Shown in pieces: positions 28,984 to 38,776 of a DNA stretch of 64,000 nt. Position 1 is the stretch's first letter. The number at the start of each line of letters is the position of its first letter. Position numbers and translations under genes: made by a program. The notes beneath the pieces are model-generated. The model was not told the origin of the DNA and ran no database searches. It saw only the letters and a program-made list of their open reading frames with translations. The stretch comes from a bacterium (GTDB lineage: Bacteria; SAR324; NAC60-12). The stretch lies in NCBI GenBank assembly GCA_965209155.1, contig OZ242383.1, positions 1,280,001-1,344,000 on the forward strand, read 5' to 3'.

Positions 28984-30663
28984 ATGAAATTCCCAGAACC
29001 ATTGACAGCAACCCGGGACGTTCTCAAAAAGGGGAGAGACCTGCTCCATTCTTGCTGGACCCGTATCCGGCAAAAGTGTCTGGAAAACGGCAAGGTATCG
29101 ACAAAACGACTCGATGACCATCAATGGATATGTTATGAACTCGCATTATCGACCGCTGAATGGACAGCCGCAGAATTTTTAATGGCTTACAGTCAAAAAT
29201 TACGAGACCAGGCAAATCCTTCCGGGGCAGACCTGATGATTGAAGAACAGTTGACCCTCATTTTTTGCATGGAAGTCCTGCAAAATCTCGGGTGTCGATT
29301 GATGATACGCAAAAGCGAATTTGGACTTTCCGGTGAACACCTCAACTGGCTTCGTTCAGCTGATGTGGAGAACTTTTGTTCGTCTTGGCTGAATAGCGGT
29401 AAATTAATGGAACTGGGGCATAGATTGCTGCCCTTGGATGGAAAAATTGGCAATCCGCTGCTGGATGAAGAAAAAGAAATCATGGCCGAAAATTTCCACA
29501 AATTTGCTGAAAGAATAGTAACCCCACAGGCAGAAGCCATCCACCGGCAAAATTTAGTCATCCCGGATGTGATTCTCAATCCACTGGTTGAGTTGGGTTG
29601 TTTCGGACTGTCCATCCCCATCCGCTATGGTGGTGTTCAACCTGACGATCAGGAAGACAATTTGGGCATGATCGTGGTGACCGAAGAACTCTCGCGGGCT
29701 TCTTTGGGGGCAGCCGGCAGTTTGATCACTCGTCCGGAAATCATGGCAAAAGCCCTCTTGAAAGGTGGGACCGAGATGCAGAAAAAGGTTTGGTTGGCCA
29801 GGTTGGCAGCAGGCAATCCCTTGTGCGCCATTGCCATCACGGAGCCCGATTTCGGATCGGATGTGGCTTCTATTCAGTTGAAGGCCACCCCTTGTTCCGG
29901 TGGCTGGCGTTTGCAGGGAGAAAAAATGTGGTGTACTTTTGCGGGAAAAGCAGGAGTTTTGCTCACCCTGGCTCGAACCGATCCGGACAAAAGTCTCGGG
30001 CATAAGGGATTGAGTTTGTTCATGGTGGAAAAACCCGGCAGTGACGGAGAAGCATTCCATCACAACCAGCCAGGGGGCGGCTCCATCAGTGGACAAGCCA
30101 TTGCGACCTTGGGCTATCGCGGTATGCATTCATTCAATGTGTTTTTTGACGATTACTTCGTTCCGGATGAGGCCTTGCTTGGAGAAGAGGAAGGAGCGGG
30201 AAAAGGCTTTTATTTCACCATGGCCGGATTTTCCGGAGGTCGGGTGCAAACTGCCTCACGCGCCAACGGTCTCATGCAAGCTGCCTATGAGCAAAGCCTG
30301 GCTTTTGCCAGGAAACGAATAGTTTTTGGAAAACCCTTGGCCAGTTACCAACTGACCTTGGTCAAGTTAGTGAAGATGGCTTGTCTTTTGACGGCATCCC
30401 GGCAATTCACTTACGCAGTCGGTCGTTTGATGGACGCAGGGACGGGACAAATGGAAGCGAGTATGGTAAAGCTCTTTGCTTGCAAGGCTTCCGAATGGGT
30501 TTGCCGGGAAGCGATGCAGGTTCACGGAGGGATCGGCTATGCCGAAGAAACCCCTGTCAGCCGCTACTTCGTGGATTCCCGGGTACTGTCTATTTTTGAA
30601 GGGACCGAAGAGACCTTAGCGCTGAAAGTGATTGCCCGGAACATGGTGGATCATCTTTCTTGA
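28984..30663 (+). CDS. Acyl-CoA dehydrogenase (methylsuccinyl-CoA dehydrogenase-like, long N-terminus)
   Basis: GCFGLSIP, TEELSR, TEPDFGSD, QVHGG.GYAEE, IFEG.EE. Confidence 0.88.
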   Translation: MKFPEPLTATRDVLKKGRDLLHSCWTRIRQKCLENGKVSTKRLDDHQWICYELALSTAEWTAAEFLMAYSQKLRDQANPSGADLMIEEQLTLIFCMEVLQNLGCRLMIRKSEFGLSGEHLNWLRSADVENFCSSWLNSGKLMELGHRLLPLDGKIGNPLLDEEKEIMAENFHKFAERIVTPQAEAIHRQNLVIPDVILNPLVELGCFGLSIPIRYGGVQPDDQEDNLGMIVVTEELSRASLGAAGSLITRPEIMAKALLKGGTEMQKKVWLARLAAGNPLCAIAITEPDFGSDVASIQLKATPCSGGWRLQGEKMWCTFAGKAGVLLTLARTDPDKSLGHKGLSLFMVEKPGSDGEAFHHNQPGGGSISGQAIATLGYRGMHSFNVFFDDYFVPDEALLGEEEGAGKGFYFTMAGFSGGRVQTASRANGLMQAAYEQSLAFARKRIVFGKPLASYQLTLVKLVKMACLLTASRQFTYAVGRLMDAGTGQMEASMVKLFACKASEWVCREAMQVHGGIGYAEETPVSRYFVDSRVLSIFEGTEETLALKVIARNMVDHLS

Positions 30664-30710
30664 AAATAAAATATTGCGCAATACCAGTGATAATGGCAGT
30701 AAAAAACGAC

Positions 30711-31490
30711 TCAATCATTATTGGCCAGCCTGATCGCTCCATCGAGACGAATGGTTTCTCCGCTCAGCATGGTATTTTCCACAATGCTGTTTACGAGTAA
30801 AGCAAATTCCCGGGCGTGCCCCAGGCGTTTGGGAAAGGGTACGTCAGCAATTAAGGCTTTGCGGGTACGATCCGCCATTCCCGCCATCATGGGCGTGTGG
30901 AACAAACCCGGGGCGATGGTCATCACCCGGATCCCATAGCTGGCAAATTCCCGTGCGATGGGAAGCGTCATACCGACGACGCCTGCCTTGGATGCAGAAT
31001 AAGCTGCTTGTCCGACCTGGCCGTCAAAAGCGGCAACCGAAGCGGTATTGATCACCACCCCTTTTTCTCCATCCTCATTGGTGGCCTGATTCCGGATCAT
31101 TTTTTCAGCGCAATGGCGGATAACGTTCATGGTACCCAGTAAATTGACCTGGATCACTCGATTGAACGATTGATAAGACATGATACCTGATTTGCGGCTG
31201 AATACTTTTGAGGGGGCTCCCACTCCGGCGCAGTTGACCACGATATGAATCTCTCCACAGGTGTCGGTCGCTTGTTGCACTCCGGCTTTGACCTCCTCAT
31301 CTTCGATGACGTTGGTTTTGATGAACCAGACTTTTTCTCCCAATTCCCTGACCATCTGATTCCCGCTTTCGTCATTGGAATCAAAGATGACTGCGCTGCG
31401 TGCTCCTTTTTCCAGTAATAGCCGGATGGTAGCTGCGCCTAACCCGGAGGCGCCCCCGGTGACGAGGGCCACTTTGTTCCGTATATCCAT
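30711..31490 (-). CDS. SDR 3-hydroxyacyl-CoA dehydrogenase type II
   Basis: TGGASGLG, NTASVAAFDGQ.GQAAYSASK, GETIRLDGA. Confidence 0.92.
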   Translation of the reverse strand: MDIRNKVALVTGGASGLGAATIRLLLEKGARSAVIFDSNDESGNQMVRELGEKVWFIKTNVIEDEEVKAGVQQATDTCGEIHIVVNCAGVGAPSKVFSRKSGIMSYQSFNRVIQVNLLGTMNVIRHCAEKMIRNQATNEDGEKGVVINTASVAAFDGQVGQAAYSASKAGVVGMTLPIAREFASYGIRVMTIAPGLFHTPMMAGMADRTRKALIADVPFPKRLGHAREFALLVNSIVENTMLSGETIRLDGAIRLANND

Positions 31491-31615
31491 CTCTTACTCC
31501 ACGAGGTTTGAATACTCAATGCATCCTTATTACCTGTTCGTTGTCAATATACCGAGCAACATTCAGATAAATCATATCCTGGCAGTCTCCTGTTTTTCAA
31601 GCAAAATTTCTTTAA

Positions 31616-31709
31616 GGAGGTAAATCAGAGTGCTAAGCGCTCTGGCTTCCACGGCTCTCGTTCTTTTTCAAAGAGTGGACTGGCTTCTTGAAGAGCCTCG
31701 AGGTGGGGA
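31616..31709 (-). repeat. IS66-5'/IS5 chimeric repeat (other copies at 32783-32856, 38622-38710, 41714-41830)
   Basis: Reverse complement matches the transposase 5' region 60423-60502, joined to TGATTTACCTCC of the IS5 remnant (61993). Confidence 0.85.
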
Positions 31710-33903
31710 ATCGATGGCTTCTCGGAAGATACCTGAATAGCGACAAGTCGATCAACATAGAAATTGCTGTCCTCCACACAATGTGTTATGTTTTTGAAAA
31801 GATGACAAATTTCACCTCTCCTTCCCATCGAGGGCATCATGACTACTTTAGAATCCGTCAAAAACCACTCCTCTCCAAGACGGGTGCCTCCTTCTGCCAA
31901 GGAGCCGCTCAGGGTCAGTGAGGCTGAGTATTGGAAGACGTATTACGAACACCCGGATCATTCATATGAATGGAACAATGGACTCTTGGAGGAAAAGCCC
32001 ATGCCCGATTTTCTAAGCATCTCCCTCTACCAATGGTTTTATCGCTTATTAGAAGAATATTTGACTGTCTTTCCCATCGGACGGATCATGATCTTGGAAA
32101 TGGGCTTTCGTTTGGAGTTGGGAAAGAAAAAGGTGAGTATTCGCAAACCGGATCTGGCCGTGATTCTCCATTCCAATCTTGTCGAGGCCAAACCCCTGGA
32201 CCGTTCTTTTAGGGGAGTGTGTGACCTCTGTATCGAGTTTTTATCCGACTCGACTCCCGCGGAGGTGGAACGGGATACGGTCCACAAAAAAGAAGAATAC
32301 GCCAAAGCAGGGGTGGCGGAATATTATATTTTAGACCGTTTGCGCAAGCACACCGCCTTCTATTTCCTCAATGAGCAAGGGGTTTATGAGAGGATGAAGC
32401 ACCAAGAGCCCGGGGTGATTCATTCCCGGGTTTTGGATCGTTTCGCCTTTCGTCTGGAGGATTTAGAAAAACAGGTGGCCTTTGAAACATTAATTGAGGA
32501 TCCTCTCTACCAACCGTTTCTCCTGAAAAGCTTCCAACAAGAGCGTCAGCAAAAAGAACAAGAGCGACAACTGAAAGTAAAAGCCTTGGCAAGAGAAGAA
32601 AAAGAGCGACAACAAAAAGAAAAAGCCTTGCAAAGAGAAGAACAAGAGCGTCAGCAAAAAGAACAAGAGCGACAACAAAAAGAAAAAGCACTTGCGGAAG
32701 TCGAACGGCTGCGTGCTCTCCTCCAAGAGAAAGATGCTGATCCGCGCTAATATCGGATCTGGTTTTCGTGATTTATTTTCGTAGCGCTCTTGCTTCCATG
32801 GCTCTCGTTCTTTTTCAAAGAGTGGACTGGCTTCTTGAAGAGCCTAGAGGTGGGGAATCGATGGCTTCTCGGAAGATACCTGAATAGTGACAAGTCGATC
32901 AACATAGAAATTGCTGTCCTCCACACAATGTGTTATGTTTTTGAAAAGATGACACATTTCACCTCTCCTTCCCATCGAGGGCATCATGACTACTTTAGAA
33001 TCCGTCAAAAACCACTCCTCTCCAAGACGGGTGCCTCCTTCTGCCAAGGAGCCGCTCAGGGTCAGTGAGGCTGAGTATTGGAAGACGTATTACGAACACC
33101 CGGATCATTCATATGAATGGAACAATGGACTCTTGGAGGAAAAGCCCATGCCCGATTTTCTAAGCATCTCCCTCTACCAATGGTTTTATCGCTTATTAGA
33201 AGAATATTTGACTGTCTTTCCCATCGGACGGATCATGATCTTGGAAATGGGCTTTCGTTTGGAGTTGGGAAAGAAAAAGGTGAGTATTCGCAAACCGGAT
33301 CTGGCCGTGATTCTCCATTCCAATCTTGTCGAGGCCCAACCCCTGGACCGTTCTTTTAGGGGAGTGTGTGACCTCTGTATCGAGTTTTTATCCGACTCGA
33401 CTCCCGCGGAGGTGGAACGGGATACGGTCCACAAAAAAGAAGAATACGCCAAAGCAGGGGTGGCGGAATATTATATTTTAGACCGTTTGCGCAAGCACAC
33501 CGCCTTCTATTTCCTCAATGAGCAAGGGGTTTATGAGAGGATGAAGCACCAAGAGCCCGGGGTGATTCATTCCCGGGTTTTGGATCGTTTCGCCTTTCGT
33601 CTGGAGGATTTAGAAAAACAGGTGGCCTTTGAAACATTAATTGAGGATCCTCTCTACCAACCGTTTCTCCTGAAAAGCTTCCAACAAGAGCGTCAGCAAA
33701 AAGAACAAGAGCGACAACTGAAAGTAAAAGCCTTGGCAAGAGAAGAAAAAGCCTTGGCAAGAGAAGAACAAGAGCGACAACAAAAAGAAAAAGCCTTGCA
33801 AAGAGAAGAACAAGAGCGTCAGCAAAAAGAACAAGAGCGACAACAAAAAGAAAAAGCACTTGCGGAAGTCGAACGGCTGCGTGCTCTCCTCCAAGAGAAA
33901 GAT
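31636..33903 (+). repeat. Tandem duplication with a 1147-bp period
   Basis: 31636-32735 is nearly identical to 32783-33903; copy 2 has an extra 21 nt. Confidence 0.95.
31839..32750 (+). CDS. Uma2 family endonuclease with heptad coiled-coil tail, copy 1
   Basis: YEWNNG.LEEKPM, RKPDL, CIEFLS, K.EEYAKAGV.EYYILD; (QERQQKE)n. Confidence 0.85.
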   Translation: MTTLESVKNHSSPRRVPPSAKEPLRVSEAEYWKTYYEHPDHSYEWNNGLLEEKPMPDFLSISLYQWFYRLLEEYLTVFPIGRIMILEMGFRLELGKKKVSIRKPDLAVILHSNLVEAKPLDRSFRGVCDLCIEFLSDSTPAEVERDTVHKKEEYAKAGVAEYYILDRLRKHTAFYFLNEQGVYERMKHQEPGVIHSRVLDRFAFRLEDLEKQVAFETLIEDPLYQPFLLKSFQQERQQKEQERQLKVKALAREEKERQQKEKALQREEQERQQKEQERQQKEKALAEVERLRALLQEKDADPR

Positions 33904-33906
33904 TAA
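32986..33906 (+). CDS. Uma2 family endonuclease with heptad coiled-coil tail, copy 2
   Basis: Near-identical to copy 1. Confidence 0.85.
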   Translation: MTTLESVKNHSSPRRVPPSAKEPLRVSEAEYWKTYYEHPDHSYEWNNGLLEEKPMPDFLSISLYQWFYRLLEEYLTVFPIGRIMILEMGFRLELGKKKVSIRKPDLAVILHSNLVEAQPLDRSFRGVCDLCIEFLSDSTPAEVERDTVHKKEEYAKAGVAEYYILDRLRKHTAFYFLNEQGVYERMKHQEPGVIHSRVLDRFAFRLEDLEKQVAFETLIEDPLYQPFLLKSFQQERQQKEQERQLKVKALAREEKALAREEQERQQKEKALQREEQERQQKEQERQQKEKALAEVERLRALLQEKD

Positions 33907-34030
33907 GAGCTCCATTTTTTGCAGAACGCTAATGGACCCTTATTTGAACGAAGAACCCGGTTGGAGATTGCTTCCTATCCAGGATTGGTTTCCAATCATG
34001 CCTTTGTGCCTTTGTGCCTCTGTGCCTCTG
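33907..34030 (+). repeat. ~107-bp dispersed repeat, copy 2, followed by (TGTGCCTY)n octamers
   Basis: Matches 23504-23610. Confidence 0.8.
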
Positions 34031-34064
34031 TACTTTTGCAACTTTGCGCCTTTTTAAGTGAGCC

Positions 34065-35237
34065 GTGATTTCTCAGGAAAAACCAGCGTATTTCGATTAC
34101 AATGCCACGGCGGTGTTGCTTCCACACATTGCGGAAAAAATGGCTCAAGTGGCCCAAAGTCAATTTGGCAATCCATCCAGCCCTCACCAAAAAGGCAGAG
34201 AAGCGAAAAACTTTCTTGAAGACTCACGCGCTCGTCTGGCGTGCCTGTTGGGAATCGAACCCGACGAATTGTTGTTTACCAGCGGAGGCAGTGAGAGCAA
34301 CAATTCCGTTTTGCGTCAATTTTTTCAGACCAGTGAACCGGTTCATATCATCACGTCGCGCATCGAACATCCCTCCATTTTGGAAACCTGCCGGATACTG
34401 GAACGAATGTCCCATATCGAGGTGAGCTATCTTCCAGTCGATAGCGAAGGACGGGTTGTTTCAGAAACTCTGAAGCCGGCTATCCGTCCGCACACTCGCT
34501 TGATTTCGATCATGGCTGCCAACAATGAAACGGGTGTGATTCAACCTGTCGAGTCCCTGACTGCCATAGCCCGGGAATATCAAATTCCTTTCCACGTGGA
34601 CTGCGTGCAAGGAGTGGGAAAAATTCCAATGGACTGGAGTGAATGGGGAATCCATTATGCGAGCGCCACTGCTCATAAATTTGGCGGACCTCGTGGAATC
34701 GGATTGCTTTACATCAAAAAGGGAACGCCTTTCACCAGCTTGATAGCCGGCGGCAAACAAGAGCGGGAGAGGAGAGCCGGCACGGAAAACGTCGTGCTGG
34801 CATACGGCTTTGCGGAAGCGCTCGACTGGACCCTGAACCATCGAGAGGCAATCAACCGGAGTATGACAAAATTTAAAGATCAAATAATCCGTATTTTTCA
34901 AGCCAACGAGGGGTTTTTTCTCAATGGAGGCCGAGCTCGTTGTTTGCCCAACACGATCAATTTCGGTTGGCATGGTCTCAGTGCGGAAAGCCTCTTGATT
35001 TCTCTGGATTTGGATCAGATTGCAGTTTCGTCGGGATCCGCATGTTCTTCAGGCGCCATTGAAGCCAGCCCGGTTTTGCTCGCTATGGGATTGGACAAGC
35101 AGAAATCAAAGGCTTGCTTGCGAGTGAGTATGGGATGGAACACTCGACAAGAGGAAGTGGATTACTTGATCGAACGCATGCTGTTTCATACCAAACGGTT
35201 GTATGCAAAAAAGCGAATGACGCCTTCCCGTGATTGA
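34065..35237 (+). CDS. iscS: Cysteine desulfurase (IscS/NifS group I)
   Basis: YFDYNAT, FGNPSS, FTSGGSE, ANNETG, AHKFGGP, SSGSAC. Confidence 0.88.
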   Translation: MISQEKPAYFDYNATAVLLPHIAEKMAQVAQSQFGNPSSPHQKGREAKNFLEDSRARLACLLGIEPDELLFTSGGSESNNSVLRQFFQTSEPVHIITSRIEHPSILETCRILERMSHIEVSYLPVDSEGRVVSETLKPAIRPHTRLISIMAANNETGVIQPVESLTAIAREYQIPFHVDCVQGVGKIPMDWSEWGIHYASATAHKFGGPRGIGLLYIKKGTPFTSLIAGGKQERERRAGTENVVLAYGFAEALDWTLNHREAINRSMTKFKDQIIRIFQANEGFFLNGGRARCLPNTINFGWHGLSAESLLISLDLDQIAVSSGSACSSGAIEASPVLLAMGLDKQKSKACLRVSMGWNTRQEEVDYLIERMLFHTKRLYAKKRMTPSRD

Positions 35238-35246
35238 GGCAGGAAA

Positions 35247-36449
35247 TCATTTAATTGGCAGTGGCACATAAGCCTTGACTGCATATAGGGTTTCGATAGC
35301 GCTCAGGCTATAAGATTGCTGAGCGCCTATAAAGAGAACCCGGCCCGCTTCCAGGTCGAATCCGACGTCCTCCCCGTGTAACGATCCTTTTCCCGACAAG
35401 ACCAGAAAAATAGAAGGCGTGTCGGTTTTTCCCTGAAAAATCGCATTGTCTTTGGACAGTTGAATAGTTTGCAACTCAAACTCTTCCGCTGCTGATGGAT
35501 AGCGCCGGATAAAAGGAGTTTCTGCAAAGCCTGTATGTAATTCGGGAGGTAGATGTTGGCAGGAGAGGCGAGTCATCATTTGTGCTACATCTTTGAACTT
35601 GTTGGTTATACCGGCCCGGATCACGTTGTCGGAAGTAGCCATGCACTCCACAACATCCCCACCCAGGTAAGAATGCAACTGGTTGGTCCGTAATGAAATT
35701 GCGCATTGTGGGGCCACTTCAACCTTTTGCATTAAAAAAAGAAACAACAATCCCGGATCGTTTGGATAATGAGGAAACAAGTCAAGGAACAAAGAGTCTG
35801 CTTCGCTGCGATTATTCTTTTGAAGAATATTCTCTTGAAGAGTTTTCAGCAGTGAGTGCGCTTTTGCTTCCGGAAGCATGAGCAAAAGAGGAAGGTCATT
35901 CTCTAAATCAATGGAATGACCGCCGCTGGAGCGACGCAGGCTCGAATTGTTTTCTTGCAATAATTCCGAGAGGCATGGGTATTGCCGCCAGATTTTGAGA
36001 AGAGTGGTTTTGTTTTCAAAACCGTATAAAATTTTAAATCCGGAAAGAGCCAGGGTCATTTCCGGTTTATGATTAGCATCCGGATAAAGAACCGGATCTT
36101 TGCTATGAAGAGACTCGGCCCATTCTTTGTCGGGGTGCAATTGAACGGAAAGTGGGTGAGCAATAGAAAGCACTTTGAATAGAAAAGGCAGGACGCCCCA
36201 CCGTCGTTTGGTATATTCACCCAACAGTGCCGGATTGGAATGCAATACCTCGGAAAGCAGGATGCCGTTTCCAATTTTGACGCGGGAAGGACCTTTGGGG
36301 TGCACTCCCATCCACAATTCGGCATAAGGTTTTAGCGGATCAATGGCCTGTTCCCTCAACAAGCGGGCAACGAGGGAAGATTTCCCTTTTTTCCCCCAGT
36401 CATAGTGCATCGCATGGCACTCCAATTCATAAATATCAGAGTTTTTCAT
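35247..36449 (-). CDS. manA: Mannose-6-phosphate isomerase class I
   Basis: YDWG, AELWMG.HP, LPFLFKVL, Q.HPDK, NHKPE, ECMA.SDNV.RAG. Confidence 0.92.
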   Translation of the reverse strand: MKNSDIYELECHAMHYDWGKKGKSSLVARLLREQAIDPLKPYAELWMGVHPKGPSRVKIGNGILLSEVLHSNPALLGEYTKRRWGVLPFLFKVLSIAHPLSVQLHPDKEWAESLHSKDPVLYPDANHKPEMTLALSGFKILYGFENKTTLLKIWRQYPCLSELLQENNSSLRRSSGGHSIDLENDLPLLLMLPEAKAHSLLKTLQENILQKNNRSEADSLFLDLFPHYPNDPGLLFLFLMQKVEVAPQCAISLRTNQLHSYLGGDVVECMATSDNVIRAGITNKFKDVAQMMTRLSCQHLPPELHTGFAETPFIRRYPSAAEEFELQTIQLSKDNAIFQGKTDTPSIFLVLSGKGSLHGEDVGFDLEAGRVLFIGAQQSYSLSAIETLYAVKAYVPLPIK

Positions 36450-36523
36450 GAGATTCGTATGTGGGGAGACAGTCGAGGATTGAGCTGGAGAACTATGGAT
36501 TTTAAATGAAGTTTTTCAGTTCG

Positions 36524-37459
36524 TCACCGAGTTCCCATACCCCAGAGCACGTTCGTCCCTTCTCCCATCACGGTGGTGGGCATTTTTCCGTCCCAGTTTA
36601 ACGCCCGGGTATATTCCACCAGGGTGAGATTGTTGGCAATGGCGTCGGCTTTCTTCTGAATTGCCTCGGCTTCCGCGGCCCCTCTTAATTTAATAGCCGT
36701 CGCTTCTGCTTCAGCAATCGTATTGATCTCATAGGCCATGCCGTCAGCTCTCGCTTTCTGAGCATCTCGTTCCGCATTGGCAGTATTGACAGCCTGTTGA
36801 GCCGTGTGCTGTTGTTTGGTCAGGCGGTGTTCTTCGGCTTTGGCTAATTCCTTTTCCCGCTGTTTCTCTTCAATGGCCTGCAAATAATTTTCTGGCAGTT
36901 TTAAATCTTCCAATTGCACCGAATCCAACTCGACTGGAAATCCTTGCATGGTTTTATTCAGTGACGATTGGATGTCGCCGATGATCACTTCACGTTGCTG
37001 GATGATTTTGTCGGCAGGGTGTTTGGCGATCGCTTCTTTCGTTGCAGAGCGTAAACGTGGGTCGAGAATACGGCTCTCGAATTGAGACAGCCCGCCATAG
37101 CCGACATACAAGTCCAGGGATTGTTCTTTGATCACCGTCCAGTTGATCGAGACTTTGGCCGTAATGGGCATTGTTTCGGAGGTGGAAGCAGATAAAATCT
37201 CTTCATTTTTTCGAGGGCGAATCTCAATTTCTTCCACGGTTTCCATATAAGGCATCTTGAAGTTCAAACCGGGATCAACGGCTGAGACGGCCTTTCCCCA
37301 ACGTTTGACGATGCCCACATGGCCTTCTTCGATGGTATAAATACCCAGGATGATGGTGTAAACAACGAAAAGCGCCACTACGGCGAGAATACTCCACTTG
37401 GCAAAATAACCAGTTGATCTTCGGGGACTGCTGGTGGTTTCAAATTTTGGTTGTTCCAT
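36524..37459 (-). CDS. SPFH/prohibitin (band 7) family membrane protein
   Basis: Single TM, G.VGIV.RWG, PGLNFK.P, AEAEA coiled coil, WDGKMP. Confidence 0.88.
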   Translation of the reverse strand: MEQPKFETTSSPRRSTGYFAKWSILAVVALFVVYTIILGIYTIEEGHVGIVKRWGKAVSAVDPGLNFKMPYMETVEEIEIRPRKNEEILSASTSETMPITAKVSINWTVIKEQSLDLYVGYGGLSQFESRILDPRLRSATKEAIAKHPADKIIQQREVIIGDIQSSLNKTMQGFPVELDSVQLEDLKLPENYLQAIEEKQREKELAKAEEHRLTKQQHTAQQAVNTANAERDAQKARADGMAYEINTIAEAEATAIKLRGAAEAEAIQKKADAIANNLTLVEYTRALNWDGKMPTTVMGEGTNVLWGMGTR

Positions 37460-37515
37460 GACACTCTCCTCGTCAAATCCATTTTATTTTAATTGTTGGT
37501 ATGAACCCGAATGAC

Positions 37516-37544
37516 AATGTATCCACAGTAGCGGTATTTGTCAA
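37516..37544 (-). promoter_or_regulatory. Putative sigma70 promoter for the SPFH gene (TTGACA-N17-TACATT)
   Basis: Motifs read directly. Confidence 0.55.
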
Positions 37545-37554
37545 CAGATCGAAG

Positions 37555-37690
37555 GTGGAGACTGAAGACTCGGTGTTCCCTCTCGTAACAGCCTGCTCTG
37601 CTTCCCAGGGTGAAGCAGTCTTTAGACATTTGATTGAGTTCGGCAGCCATCTTGGCCACCAAGGCGGGGTTGCGGTAAGGGTTTTTCGAG
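37555..37690 (-). pseudogene. Degraded fragment of an LLM-class flavin-dependent oxidoreductase
   Basis: YRNPALVAKMAA.L.QMS...FTLG..AG.YERE resembles the luciferase-like family core. Confidence 0.6.
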
Positions 37691-37700
37691 CACTTCATCT

Positions 37701-38351
37701 CTAATACATATGCGGTTGCAACGCTGTCGCCAATGTCAGCTCTATGTCCTGGATGGCCTGCTTCATTGCCTGTCCGATCAAATCCAACCGTCGTACTTGC
37801 TCGATTCGTGGTTCAACACGCGCGAGTTCGTCCGCGGTGAATATCCCCCTGAAAATAGAGCAAGCATCGGATAGACAGATGATCACGATGTCCCGCGGAT
37901 CCGGTATCTCATTGCTGAACAACACCTCCATGATTCGGAGTTTCACCTCCCGCTGTACTTGTCCGTCAATCGTCGGATACCGGCGGGACTTGAAAACCCA
38001 CATGAACCGGTCATCCACGCGTTCCAATATCCCGTGCTCAACCAACCTCTTCAAAGACTCTTCCCGTAACTCCTCTCCCCTCAAAGCGATCCGTTCCACC
38101 CAGTAACGAGCATCGTGTCCATCATTCTCAGCAATTTCCGCCAAAGCAGGATCCAGCAAACTGTCGCCAGTAGGAGTCGCGTCGATAAGTACCAATTTCT
38201 CCAAATCGGTGTCGATCCGGCATTCCAACGCTAAATCCATCAGCACTGCACCAGCCATAGCGTAGTCGAATGAAAAGTTCGACACGCGCGCAAACCGTCC
38301 ATCTTCGTCGTTCAACAGCAGGAGAATGATTTCTTCGGCGAATCGCAACAT
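37701..38351 (-). CDS. GPP34/GOLPH3 (Vps74) family protein
   Basis: FAEEIILLLL, AGAVLMDLAL..RID, PTGD.LLD.AL, RRYP. Confidence 0.85.
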   Translation of the reverse strand: MLRFAEEIILLLLNDEDGRFARVSNFSFDYAMAGAVLMDLALECRIDTDLEKLVLIDATPTGDSLLDPALAEIAENDGHDARYWVERIALRGEELREESLKRLVEHGILERVDDRFMWVFKSRRYPTIDGQVQREVKLRIMEVLFSNEIPDPRDIVIICLSDACSIFRGIFTADELARVEPRIEQVRRLDLIGQAMKQAIQDIELTLATALQPHMY

Positions 38352-38372
38352 TTCGGTACCCCTCTGATTGGG

Positions 38373-38528
38373 TTAGTTCCGGATGTCGAACCGTATTGCC
38401 CGGTAATCTGCGAAGGAATACATTACCTTGACTCCACCTTCACGGTTCACGACATCCACATTGTAAAAAAATTTACTCATGAGGATAGCATTTGCAAACA
38501 GGTGTGTAAAGATGATTTCAATCCATAG
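38373..38528 (-). pseudogene. Probable 3' gene fragment truncated by the repeat terminus
   Basis: Frame is open from the terminal repeat to TAA 38373 (…MSKFFYNVDVVNREGGVKVMYSFADYRAIRFDIRN*); family not recognised. Confidence 0.4.
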
Positions 38529-38710
38529 GTAACTATTCAGGTCTCTGAAAAACCCGTTCAGTTAAATATCATTAAAAAAGATTCCTGGAGAGGAGCGATC
38601 GTTTTCAAGTCCTCCCACGATTCAGAGTGCTAAGCGCTCTTGCTTCCATGGCTCTCGTTCTTTTTCAAAGTGTTGACTGGCTTCTTGAAGAGCCTCGAGG
38701 TGGGGAATCG
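38529..38710 (-). mobile_element. Miniature composite: IS66 5' fragment + 3' half of the RNA motif (copy E) + IS66-type terminal repeat
   Basis: GTAACTATTCAGG at 38529; RNA half ~38574-38621; transposase fragment 38622-38710. Confidence 0.8.
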
Positions 38711-38776
38711 CGGGGTGCCGAGTCTTTAATCCCCAGCACCCGCTTCTCTATGAACATCATCCTGAGGAATGAATCC

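Noticed and set aside
31839..33906. Diversity-generating retroelement template/variable repeat pair
   Set aside because: Whole-gene duplication with very few differences, no adenine-specific pattern and no intact RT in the window.
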